DNA of 64,000 bases from Acidobacteriota bacterium. Lineage in GTDB: Bacteria > Acidobacteriota > Thermoanaerobaculia > UBA5066. This document shows positions 35,798 to 44,450 of this stretch, in pieces; position 1 is the first letter of the stretch; each line of letters begins with the position of its first letter. The notes under the pieces are model-generated. The model saw only the letters and a list, made by a program, of their open reading frames with translations, had not been told where the DNA came from and did no database searches. Made by a program: the position numbers and the translations under genes. The DNA lies in contig JAKOVQ010000014.1 in NCBI GenBank assembly GCA_029781975.1, forward strand, positions 283,864 to 347,863, given 5' to 3'.

Positions 35798-36553
35798 ATG
35801 CTTCTCGCCGACTTCCACATCCACACGACCTGGTCGGACGGCAGGCACCCTCTGCCCGAGGTGGTCGACCTCTTCGGGCGGACGGGACACGACGTCATCG
35901 CGATCACCGACCACGTGGTGAACCGCGACAGCCTCCTCGGGAGGACCGCCCATCGGCTCCGGCTGTCGGTCACGCGCGAGGGCTGGGACGCCTATCGCGG
36001 CGAGATCGAGCGCGAGGCGCGCCGCGCGTGGGACACCTACCGGATGGTGGTCCTCGCGGGGGTGGAGCTGACGCGGAACGCCTTCACGCGCGACCGGTCG
36101 GCTCACGCCCTCGCGCTGGGGCTCGACGCGTTCGTCGGCGCGGACGGGGCGGTGGAGGAGATGCTCGCCTCGGCCCGCGACGCGGGGGCCGTGACGGTCG
36201 CGTGCCACCCCCATGAGCAGTCGGGCTGGTTCGAGAACACGTTCTACCTCTGGAACCGGCGACAGGAGGTCCTTGGGCTCGTCGACCTCTGGGAGCTCGC
36301 CTGCCGCTGGGACCTCTTTCCCCCCGTCGCCAGGGCCCGGCTCGCCTACGTCGGCAACAGCGACTTCCACTCCCGGCCCCACCTGTGGGCCTGGAAGACG
36401 CTGATCGACTGCGAGAAGACGCCTGCCGCCGTCCTGGCCGCCCTCCGGAAGGGAACCGGCCTCGGCCTGACTCGGCTCGACGCCCCGGCCGACGTCCCCG
36501 CCTCGGATCCGATCCCCCAGACCTGCGGCTGCCTGACGCCGCTGGGAGCCTGA
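35798..36553 (+). CDS. PHP-domain (polymerase/histidinol-phosphatase-like) metal-dependent phosphoesterase
   Basis: Starts LLADFHIHTTWSDG; ITDH; later His/Asp ligands. Confidence 0.72.
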   Translation: MLLADFHIHTTWSDGRHPLPEVVDLFGRTGHDVIAITDHVVNRDSLLGRTAHRLRLSVTREGWDAYRGEIEREARRAWDTYRMVVLAGVELTRNAFTRDRSAHALALGLDAFVGADGAVEEMLASARDAGAVTVACHPHEQSGWFENTFYLWNRRQEVLGLVDLWELACRWDLFPPVARARLAYVGNSDFHSRPHLWAWKTLIDCEKTPAAVLAALRKGTGLGLTRLDAPADVPASDPIPQTCGCLTPLGA

Positions 36554-36555
36554 AG

Positions 36556-37791
36556 ATGACGACCGCGCTCGAGATCGCCCTCGCAGCCCTCGCCTTCCTC
36601 TCCGTCGCCGGCCTCCTCCTCACCTCGCTCCCCGTCGCCCTCCTGGGCCTGCTGAGGCGGCGCGGACGCCCTTTCGGAGCGGGCCCGCGCGGGCGGGCCG
36701 GAGCGGCTTCCCCCTCGGGCGCTTCCACGGCGGCGCCACGACTCTCGATCCTCAAGCCGCTGTCGGGGCTCGATGACGGCCTCGAGGAGAACCTCGTCTC
36801 CTTCGCGCGGCTGAGCGGGATCTCCTACGAGGTGGTCCTCTCTGCCGCTCGGCGGGATGACCCGGCCGTCACGGTCGCCGAGCGGGTGATGGCCCGCTTC
36901 CCCGAGGCCCCATTCCGGCTCGTCGTGGGCGAGCCCGCGGGCCGGCGGCCGGCGAATCCCAAGGTCGGACGGCTCGTCGTGGCCGAACGTCATGCGCTCG
37001 GCGACGTCCTCCTCGTCTCCGACTCGAACGTCCGGGTCGAGCCCGACGACGTCGCGCGGACGGTGGCGCTCCTCGACGACCCCGGCGCCGGCTGCGTCTC
37101 GAACCTCTTCGTCGGCGCCGGGGCCTCCGATCTCGGCTCGCGCATCGAAGCGCTCCACCTCCTGACGTTCGTCGTCCCCGGCAACGTCCTCGCCGCGTTC
37201 GGCGGGGTGCCGTGCGTCGTCGGCAAGTCGATGGCGCTCCGCCGCGACGTCCTCGAGCGGATCGGCGGCTTCGCCGCGTTCGGCGACGTCCTCGCCGAAG
37301 ACCAGGCGATCGGCCTCGCGGTCCACCGCGCCGGGTGGCGCGTCCTCCTCTCCCCGGTCGTCGTCCGCAACGTCGTCGAGCGGCGGACGCTCGGGCGCGC
37401 TCTCGCGCGGCAGGTCCGGTGGAACAAGATCCGCTTCGCCTTCTCGAGGGCAGTCTACGGGGCCGAGCTGCTGATGAACCCTCTTCCGCTCTCCCTCGGC
37501 GCGGCGGCCGCGGGCGCGGCGGCGGGGAGCTCCCTCCTCCCCTCGCTCCTCGCGCTCGCGGCCGTCGCCCTTCTCGCCCGGATCCTCCAGGCGAGTCTTC
37601 TCGGCCGCCTCCTGGGCCATCCGGTCGACGGGCTGACTCTCCTCGCGATGCCCGCGAAGGACCTTCTCCAGCTCGCGACGCAGGTCGTCCCGTACGCCTC
37701 GAAGGAGGTCGCCTGGCACGGCCTCCGGGCGCGGATCGGGCCGGGGACCATGCTCGTCCTCCCGGCCGCCGAAGAGCCCGCCTCGGCCTGA
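36556..37791 (+). CDS. family-2 glycosyltransferase (ceramide glucosyltransferase/HpnI-like) with TM segments
   Basis: ATG 36556, 2 nt after PHP stop; N-terminal TM, DxD-type region (SDSNV), QVRWNKIR motif. Confidence 0.7.
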   Translation: MTTALEIALAALAFLSVAGLLLTSLPVALLGLLRRRGRPFGAGPRGRAGAASPSGASTAAPRLSILKPLSGLDDGLEENLVSFARLSGISYEVVLSAARRDDPAVTVAERVMARFPEAPFRLVVGEPAGRRPANPKVGRLVVAERHALGDVLLVSDSNVRVEPDDVARTVALLDDPGAGCVSNLFVGAGASDLGSRIEALHLLTFVVPGNVLAAFGGVPCVVGKSMALRRDVLERIGGFAAFGDVLAEDQAIGLAVHRAGWRVLLSPVVVRNVVERRTLGRALARQVRWNKIRFAFSRAVYGAELLMNPLPLSLGAAAAGAAAGSSLLPSLLALAAVALLARILQASLLGRLLGHPVDGLTLLAMPAKDLLQLATQVVPYASKEVAWHGLRARIGPGTMLVLPAAEEPASA

Positions 37792-37818
37792 GATCCTCCC
37801 GGGCGCGGAACCGCCGGC

Positions 37819-40800
37819 TCAGTCGGCGAGCGGGATCATCTCCAGCGCGCTCCCGTCCGACGTGACGTTGTCGTTCAGGACGCCGTAGGCGTGGAACGGC
37901 GCGTCGCCCGCCGTCCGCGTGATCACGGCGTACGCCCGCGTCACCGACTCGGGCACCTGGGCGAGCCTCAGGACCCGGCTCCACTGGTACCAGTCGCCCG
38001 GGTCGAGCCGGACGGAGAGGGCGTTCCCCACCGCGTTCCCGGTCGCGGCGTCGTAGAGCCGGACCGAGAGCGTGATCGGCAGGTCGGTGTCGGCGCCGGT
38101 GTGGACGACCGCGAGGTTCGAGCGGACCGAGGCGTCGTCGGCGAGCGCGGGGACGAGCGCCGAGCCGCGCGCGCCCGCTCCCTGCGGGACGGCCGCCATG
38201 AAGAGGCCGAAGGCACCGCCGACGGCGGCGTCGGGGTTCGGCGTCGTCGTCCGCGCGAGCGCGACGGTGCTGCCGGAGGGAAGGTTCTCGAGGTAGCGGA
38301 AGAAGAGCTCGAGGGTCCCGGCCTGCGGGCTGTCGGGCGTCGCGACGGGGACGCCGATGCCGTTGTCGCGGAGGAACTGGAGGATGTCGGGGATCGTCCG
38401 CTGCTGGCCCGCCGCGAGGCTCAGGGAGAGCGCAGCGGGTCCGGAGACGCTCCCGAAGCCGGGCGCGGGGCGGTAGAGGACGTCGACCGGGGTCGGGACC
38501 GAGGTCGTGTTCGCGAGCGTGAGCTCCGTCGTGAAGTGGGAGCCGGCCGCGCCGTAGACGTCGAGGACGACGGGCACGACGACCCGTCGCGCGGCGGCCG
38601 CTCCTCCCGGCCGGTACGCCGGCAGGTACGAGCCGTCGGAGGTGGCGGCGTCGTTGACGACGCCGTAGGCGGCGAAGGCGCCCGTCCCGCCGACGCGCCG
38701 GACGCGGGCGTAGCCGTACGAGCCGTCGGGGAGCCCGGCGAGGCCGAGGACGCCGCTCCACTGGTACCACTCGCCGGGAGCGAGGGACTTGGTCAGCGGC
38801 GGGCCCGCGGCGACGCCCGACGCCGAGTAGACCTGCACCTCGAGGTCGATCGGGCCGGTCCCGCGCCCCGGGAGGTGGACGACCGCGAGGTTCGACCGCG
38901 CGACGCCCGACTGGCTCCTCAGGCCGTAGACGTCCGCCGTCTCCTCCGCGGCCGAAAGGTCCGAGAGCGCCGGGTAGAAGAGCCCGAACGTCCCTCCCGC
39001 CGGCGCCGTCGTGTACGTCCGCGCGATCCCGTACAGGTCCCCCGATGCCGCGCCCGCGAGGCCGTCGGAGTCGGCCGAGACGGTCAGGCTCCCCGCGACC
39101 GGGGCGTTCGGTCCCGGGTCGGGGATGGCGAGGCCGAGCGCCTTGAGGAACGCGATGGCGTCGGCCTCGTGCCGCTCGGTCTTCGCCGCGAGGACGATCG
39201 ACCCCTCCCACGTCGTGGCGGCCGATACGCCGAAGCCGGGGGCGGCGGTGAAGGCCACCTTCACGGTCCGCGCGACGGAGCCTCGGTTCCCGAGGGTCAG
39301 CTCGGTCCGGAAGCGGGCCCCGGTCCCGCCGACGACGTCGAGGACGACCGGGACGGTCTGGACGGCGGGGACGGCGGTCGCGACGAAGGCGCCGTGCGCG
39401 GCCGTCCCGACGACGACGCTCGGGGCGACGGCCGGGAGGCTCCCGGCGGCGCGCGAGACGGCGCGGACCTCGCGGACGTCGGCACCGGCCGGCAGGCCCG
39501 AGGTCTCGGGCGCCCAGGTCCCTCCCGACTGGCGGAAGAGGCCGCGCGTGCCCCCTGCGGCCACGGGCTGGCCGCCGGCCACGGTCACCGCGGCGACCGT
39601 GGCACCCGCGAGGCCGATGGAGTCGCGCTTCCACGCGCCCGTCCCCTCGCGCCGGTAGACGGCGCCCGCGCTGTCGGCGGCGAAGGCGCGCCCCTGGTCG
39701 CCACCGACCGCGGTGATCGAGCCGGGCGAGGGGAGGCCGCTCCCGGCGTCGCTCCAGATCCCTCCGGTGGCGGCGAAGAGTCCCTCCGCCAGGGCCGCGT
39801 AGACCGTGAGGCCCGCGGTACCGAGCGCCTGGACCCGCCCGGCGTTGCCGAGCCCGGGGAGCGCGATAGGGGACCAGCCCCCCGCCCCCCACTGCCAGAG
39901 GCCGGAGGCCGACGTCCCGCCGAGGACCCCCTGCGACGTCTCGGCCAGGGCCACGAGGTTCGCGGTGCCGGCGAGGCCCGACGAGGCCCCCCTCCAGCCC
40001 GGCGCGTTCCCGGCCAGCGGCCCGCAGCCCGTGGCGACGAGGAGGTCGGCGCCGGCCGTCGTCCCGGCCGCCGCGAGCGCGCGGACGTCGCCGCAGCCGT
40101 CGGGCAGGGGCGCCCAGGAGGAGCCTCCCGACGGGCAGAGGCAGTCGGAGCCGAGGCCCGCGCCAGCCGAGCCCGTCACGAGCTGTCCCGCCGTCGCTCC
40201 GCCCGAGAGGGAGTCGACGATCCGCGTCGCGGCGAGGCCGCTCCCCAGCGGCGCCCACCCCGAGCCGGACCGGCGGTAGACGGCCCCTCCCTCGGTCCCG
40301 AGGAGGAGGTCGCTCCCCGACGAGGCGAAGGTCCGCGCCCCGCGCGGGAGGAGGCCGTTGGAGTCCGGGCTCCACCCGGAGCCGTTCCAGGCGAGGACGC
40401 CCGCGTCCCCCGTCGCGGCGCGCAGGACGCCCCCCGCGACCGTCAGGGACCGGACGGGGTGCTCCACGAACGTCGTGTCGTAGGTCCAGGAGACGCCCGT
40501 CCAGGTGTAGAGGAACCGGTTCGTGCCGCCGTAGAGCGTGCTTCCGAGCGTCGCGAGGGCGGTGAAGCCCTCGCCCGGGCCGACGCCCCCGGCGAGCGGA
40601 GCCCACGAGGAGCCGGAGAGGCGCGCGGCGGTCCCGCCGGAGAGTCCCGCCACGAGGCTCCCCCCCGTCTCCACGAGGACCGAGACGATCCCGTCCCCGG
40701 GCGAGGGGAGGGACGTCCACCCGTTCCCGCTCCGCTTGAGGACTCCGAGGCCGCCGACGTAGAGGGTCCCGCCCGAGACGGCGAGCGTGGTCGGGAAGAG

Positions 40801-41142
40801 GAACTCCGTGGGAAGCGTCTCCACCGTCCAGCTGCCGCCGGCCCCGCGCCGCCAGAGCGCGTCGCCGGTGGCCGCCCAGAGGCTCCCCTCGGAGGAGGCG
40901 AGGGCCGTCACCCGGAGCTGCGGGAGGCCGTCCCGGCTCCAGGTCCCGTTCTCCAGCTTCCAGACGCCCCCGCCGGTCCCCGCCCAGAGGAGAGCGCCGT
41001 CGGGGAGGAGCGCCCTCACGTCCCCCCCGTCCGGCCCCGCGACGGGCCTGAACCGGAGCCCCGCGGCGAGCGGCGGGGTCGCGAGGAGGAAGAGGAGCGC
41101 CAGGAGGGCCCGGCGGGCGCGCGCGGATTTCTGGCTCGTCAT
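37819..41142 (-). CDS. large secreted protein: signal peptide, BNR/Ycf48-like beta-propeller repeats (SGxSWxPL), then two tandem copies of a ~215-aa domain
   Basis: ATG 41142 in frame of ORF 37819..44265; repeated GxSW blades; two collinear C-terminal repeats beginning VPVVLDVxG...ELTL and ending AYGVxNDxxTSDGS. Confidence 0.7.
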   Translation of the reverse strand: MTSQKSARARRALLALLFLLATPPLAAGLRFRPVAGPDGGDVRALLPDGALLWAGTGGGVWKLENGTWSRDGLPQLRVTALASSEGSLWAATGDALWRRGAGGSWTVETLPTEFLFPTTLAVSGGTLYVGGLGVLKRSGNGWTSLPSPGDGIVSVLVETGGSLVAGLSGGTAARLSGSSWAPLAGGVGPGEGFTALATLGSTLYGGTNRFLYTWTGVSWTYDTTFVEHPVRSLTVAGGVLRAATGDAGVLAWNGSGWSPDSNGLLPRGARTFASSGSDLLLGTEGGAVYRRSGSGWAPLGSGLAATRIVDSLSGGATAGQLVTGSAGAGLGSDCLCPSGGSSWAPLPDGCGDVRALAAAGTTAGADLLVATGCGPLAGNAPGWRGASSGLAGTANLVALAETSQGVLGGTSASGLWQWGAGGWSPIALPGLGNAGRVQALGTAGLTVYAALAEGLFAATGGIWSDAGSGLPSPGSITAVGGDQGRAFAADSAGAVYRREGTGAWKRDSIGLAGATVAAVTVAGGQPVAAGGTRGLFRQSGGTWAPETSGLPAGADVREVRAVSRAAGSLPAVAPSVVVGTAAHGAFVATAVPAVQTVPVVLDVVGGTGARFRTELTLGNRGSVARTVKVAFTAAPGFGVSAATTWEGSIVLAAKTERHEADAIAFLKALGLAIPDPGPNAPVAGSLTVSADSDGLAGAASGDLYGIARTYTTAPAGGTFGLFYPALSDLSAAEETADVYGLRSQSGVARSNLAVVHLPGRGTGPIDLEVQVYSASGVAAGPPLTKSLAPGEWYQWSGVLGLAGLPDGSYGYARVRRVGGTGAFAAYGVVNDAATSDGSYLPAYRPGGAAAARRVVVPVVLDVYGAAGSHFTTELTLANTTSVPTPVDVLYRPAPGFGSVSGPAALSLSLAAGQQRTIPDILQFLRDNGIGVPVATPDSPQAGTLELFFRYLENLPSGSTVALARTTTPNPDAAVGGAFGLFMAAVPQGAGARGSALVPALADDASVRSNLAVVHTGADTDLPITLSVRLYDAATGNAVGNALSVRLDPGDWYQWSRVLRLAQVPESVTRAYAVITRTAGDAPFHAYGVLNDNVTSDGSALEMIPLAD

Positions 41143-41195
41143 CGCCCGAGGATAGCGGGAGGGGCGGGGAGCGTCACGGAGCGGCGCTGGGCCGC

Positions 41196-43181
41196 TCAGG
41201 CGGGGGGGCCGGCCCCGGGCCCCTCGAGCCGCTTCATCACGTGGACGAGGTCCTCGTGGGCGCCGACGAGGAGGAGGGTGTCCCCGTCCCTCAGCGGCTC
41301 GTCCTTCGGCGGCGGCGCCAGGGGCTCCCCGTCCCGCAGCAGCGCGGGGACGGCGACGTGGTCCCCCTCGACGTTGAGGTCCGCGAGGGTCTTCCCCGAC
41401 GCGGCCATCTCGGGCAGGACGAGGAACAGCTCGGACGTCCCGACCGCCACGAGGGCGGCCAGCCGGCGCCCCGCCTCGGGCCGGCTCAGCGGGTCGCGCA
41501 GGCGGAGGTAGCCCTCGTCGCGCAGGAGCCGCAGCTGCGTCCCGACGACGTTGCCCGGGACGTGGAACGTCCGGAGGACCCGAGCGACGATCTCGATCGA
41601 CGTCTCGAACTCCTCGGGGATCACCTCGTCTGCGCCGGCGCGGCGGAGCTCCACCACCTCGCGGACGTACCGGGTCCGGACGATGATCCGCGCGTCCGCG
41701 CTCCGGGAGCGGCAGAGCCTCACGATCGACCGGCTCGCGCCGGCGTCGGGCACGGTGACGACGACGGCCCTCGCGCGCGACACGCCGGCGCGGGCGAGGG
41801 CCTCGACCCCGGTGGCGTCGGCCAGGAGCGCGCGCGCCCCCGCCCGCCGCGCCGCCGCCACCCGGTCCGCGTCGGCGTCGACGACCACGTGGCGGATCCC
41901 GGTGTCGGCGAGGACGCGGGCGACGTTGCTCCCGTTCAGGCCGTAGCCGACGACGAGGACGTGCCCCGAAAGCTCCTCGGGGTGCTCGGCCAGAGACGCG
42001 GCGTCGGGCCGGTCGCGGAGCCTGGAGGCGAGCGCGGGCCCCGCCGCGATGACGAACGGGACGAGGAGGATCGAGAGGACCGCGACCGCCAGGAAGAGCC
42101 GCTCGCCCGCCGGCTGGACCAGCCCCAGCTTCCGGCCCGAGAGGAGGAGGACGAACGAGAACTCCCCGACGTTGGCGAGGGCGAGGGCGGCCCTGAGCGC
42201 CGTGGTCGGAAGGGCCCGCGCCAGCCGGAGGGCGGGGTAGGCCGTCGCCGTCTTGATCGCGACGACCAGCCCCACCCCCGCCACGACCGCCGGGAAGTGG
42301 CGCGCCACGAAGCCCGGGTCGAACAGCATCCCCACCGAGACGAAGAAGAGGCTCGAGAGGACGATGCGGAACGGGGCGAAGATCGAGCTGACGTCGGCGA
42401 TCGACTCGCTCTCCGCGATGACGATCCCCGCGGCGAACGCCCCCATCGCCGCCGACACCCCCATCTCCACCGCGAGCGCCGTGATCCCGAGGACGACGAC
42501 GACCGCCGACGCCGTGAAGGTCTCGGGCCCCGCGATCCGGACGAAGCGGTCGAGGAAGCGGGGGACCAGGAAGCGCGCCACGGCGACGAGGAGCGCCACG
42601 CTCGCGACCGCGACCCCGACCTTCCCGACGACGGCGACGACGTCGGGGGCCCCCTCGCCGTGCGGGGCGAGGGCGGGGAGGAGGAGGACCAGCGGGATCA
42701 CGGCCAGGTCCTGGAAGAGCGACACCCCGAGGAACTGCCTGCCGTGCGGAGCGTCCAGCTCGTCGCGCCCCGCCAGGACGGGGAGGACGACCGCGGTCGA
42801 CGAGACGGAGACGAGGAGGCCGCCGAAGATCGCGAGGCGGATGTCGCCCGGCAAGAAGAAGGCGAGGACCCCCGTCATCGCCAGGGCCGCGCCCGCCATC
42901 TGCAGGCTCCCCCCCAGGACCGCGGCGCGCCCCATCTTCCTGAGGCGGGAGAGGGGGAACTCGAGCCCGACCTCGAGGAGGATCAGCGCCACGCCGAGCT
43001 CGGCCACCCGCTCGACCCGCTCGGGGTCGGCCATCAGCCCGAGAGCGTGGGGCCCGATCGCGATCCCGGTGACGAGGAACGCGGCGATCGCCGGGGCCTT
43101 GAGCTTCTTGAAGAGGAAGAGGACCGGGAGCGACGCCGCGAGGACCACCGCCACGTCGCCGAGGAGGGCGTACTCGCGCAT
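41196..43181 (-). CDS. CPA2-family monovalent cation:proton antiporter (KefB-like) with C-terminal TrkA-N / TrkA-C domains
   Basis: 661-aa ORF; about 12 TM helices, then Rossmann GYGLNGSNVA and TrkA-C. Confidence 0.85.
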   Translation of the reverse strand: MREYALLGDVAVVLAASLPVLFLFKKLKAPAIAAFLVTGIAIGPHALGLMADPERVERVAELGVALILLEVGLEFPLSRLRKMGRAAVLGGSLQMAGAALAMTGVLAFFLPGDIRLAIFGGLLVSVSSTAVVLPVLAGRDELDAPHGRQFLGVSLFQDLAVIPLVLLLPALAPHGEGAPDVVAVVGKVGVAVASVALLVAVARFLVPRFLDRFVRIAGPETFTASAVVVVLGITALAVEMGVSAAMGAFAAGIVIAESESIADVSSIFAPFRIVLSSLFFVSVGMLFDPGFVARHFPAVVAGVGLVVAIKTATAYPALRLARALPTTALRAALALANVGEFSFVLLLSGRKLGLVQPAGERLFLAVAVLSILLVPFVIAAGPALASRLRDRPDAASLAEHPEELSGHVLVVGYGLNGSNVARVLADTGIRHVVVDADADRVAAARRAGARALLADATGVEALARAGVSRARAVVVTVPDAGASRSIVRLCRSRSADARIIVRTRYVREVVELRRAGADEVIPEEFETSIEIVARVLRTFHVPGNVVGTQLRLLRDEGYLRLRDPLSRPEAGRRLAALVAVGTSELFLVLPEMAASGKTLADLNVEGDHVAVPALLRDGEPLAPPPKDEPLRDGDTLLLVGAHEDLVHVMKRLEGPGAGPPA

Positions 43182-43187
43182 CCCCCC

Positions 43188-44360
43188 TCAGAACCGCGCG
43201 ACGGCAGCCAGCGCGACCCGGTCCCGCGTCTCCTCGAGCCGCTCGAAGCTCGGCCCCTCGGGGGGCGAGAGGCTCGTCGTCCACGTCCGGCCGGCGGAGA
43301 GCTCCAGGGCCCGGCGGGGACTCGCCCACCAGCGGACGGTGAGGGTGGCCGCGACCGCCTTGACGAACTGCGTCGGCCGGAGCGAGGGGGTCCCGGCCGC
43401 CGCGCTCTGCGTCGCGTACGAGAGGCCGAAGCTGGCGCCGAGCGACCGGCCGGCGTACCAGGTGGCGACCCCCGCGACGCTCCGCGAGAGGGCGCGGCTC
43501 TCGTCCGCGAGGCGCCCGAGCGAGACGGCGACCACCGTCGAGGTGCTCGTCTCGCGGTACGAGGCGGCGAGGTCGAGAGCGACGCGCCGCCGGGCGAAGA
43601 GGAGGCGGGAGGAGGCCGCGACGCCCCAGGTCCGCCCGTCGGCCGCGAGGGACTGCGAGAACGGATCGGCCGACCCCGTGAAGACGCTCAGGTCGTCGCG
43701 CGTGGCGTCGGAGCCGGCGGCGAGGCCCGAGACCGCGATCTCGTGCTCCCCGAGCCGCTGGGCCACACCGAACGTCGCCGACCAGGTGGAGGAGCGCGTC
43801 CCGGACGTCGACAGCTGCATCTGGCCGGACGGGCTCTCGACGAGGTTCGAGACGGCGGTCTCGCGGCTCCGTCCGAGCTCCCCCCCCAGCCGGAGCGAGG
43901 TCGCCGGCAGGAGGAACCACTCGACCCCGAGGGCGGCCCCGCGGACGTTCCGGTCGCCGGAGAGGCTCGAGACGAGGGTCGACTCGACCCCGCGGGCGGT
44001 CCCGGTCGAGTCGCGGCTCGTGGCCGCGAGCGAGACGTCGAGCCGGACCGTGGACGCGCGGCCGACGTACGCCAGGAGGTCGAACGGGGTCGCCCCGTCG
44101 TCGGTGACCCGGCAGAGCGCCCGCGTTCCCGACAGCCCCAGCGAGGTGCCCGAGGAGTCCCCGCGGTAGCCGAAGCTGCCCGAGGGGGCGCCGCCGATGA
44201 CGACGAGCGGCCGCTCCGTGACGGTCCCGATCCAGGCCGCCCCAGCGGACGCCTCGGTCTGCCACGAGCCGTCCTGCCCGGACGCCACGCCCGCCGGGAA
44301 GAGCGCCGTCAGGGCGACGCCGAGGGCAAGGCCACGGCCGCGGGTCGGAACGAAGGTCAC
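43188..44360 (-). CDS. putative outer-membrane beta-barrel protein
   Basis: GTG start; signal peptide; alternating amphipathic strands rich in S/T/G; C-terminal Phe. Confidence 0.5.
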   Translation of the reverse strand: MTFVPTRGRGLALGVALTALFPAGVASGQDGSWQTEASAGAAWIGTVTERPLVVIGGAPSGSFGYRGDSSGTSLGLSGTRALCRVTDDGATPFDLLAYVGRASTVRLDVSLAATSRDSTGTARGVESTLVSSLSGDRNVRGAALGVEWFLLPATSLRLGGELGRSRETAVSNLVESPSGQMQLSTSGTRSSTWSATFGVAQRLGEHEIAVSGLAAGSDATRDDLSVFTGSADPFSQSLAADGRTWGVAASSRLLFARRRVALDLAASYRETSTSTVVAVSLGRLADESRALSRSVAGVATWYAGRSLGASFGLSYATQSAAAGTPSLRPTQFVKAVAATLTVRWWASPRRALELSAGRTWTTSLSPPEGPSFERLEETRDRVALAAVARF

Positions 44361-44450
44361 GGCCGCACGATAGCCGATGAGCGCCCGGAAGCGTCGCGGC
44401 TTCGGCCCCGGCGTCCTCCGGCCCGCGCTACGCTAGGGGAGGAGGCCGCC

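Noticed and set aside
35694-35798. CCTCGGG-N13-CCCGAGG hairpin just upstream of the PHP gene SD, considered as an attenuator
   Set aside because: Short stem and no leader peptide; could equally be the GH1 terminator. Insufficient evidence to call.
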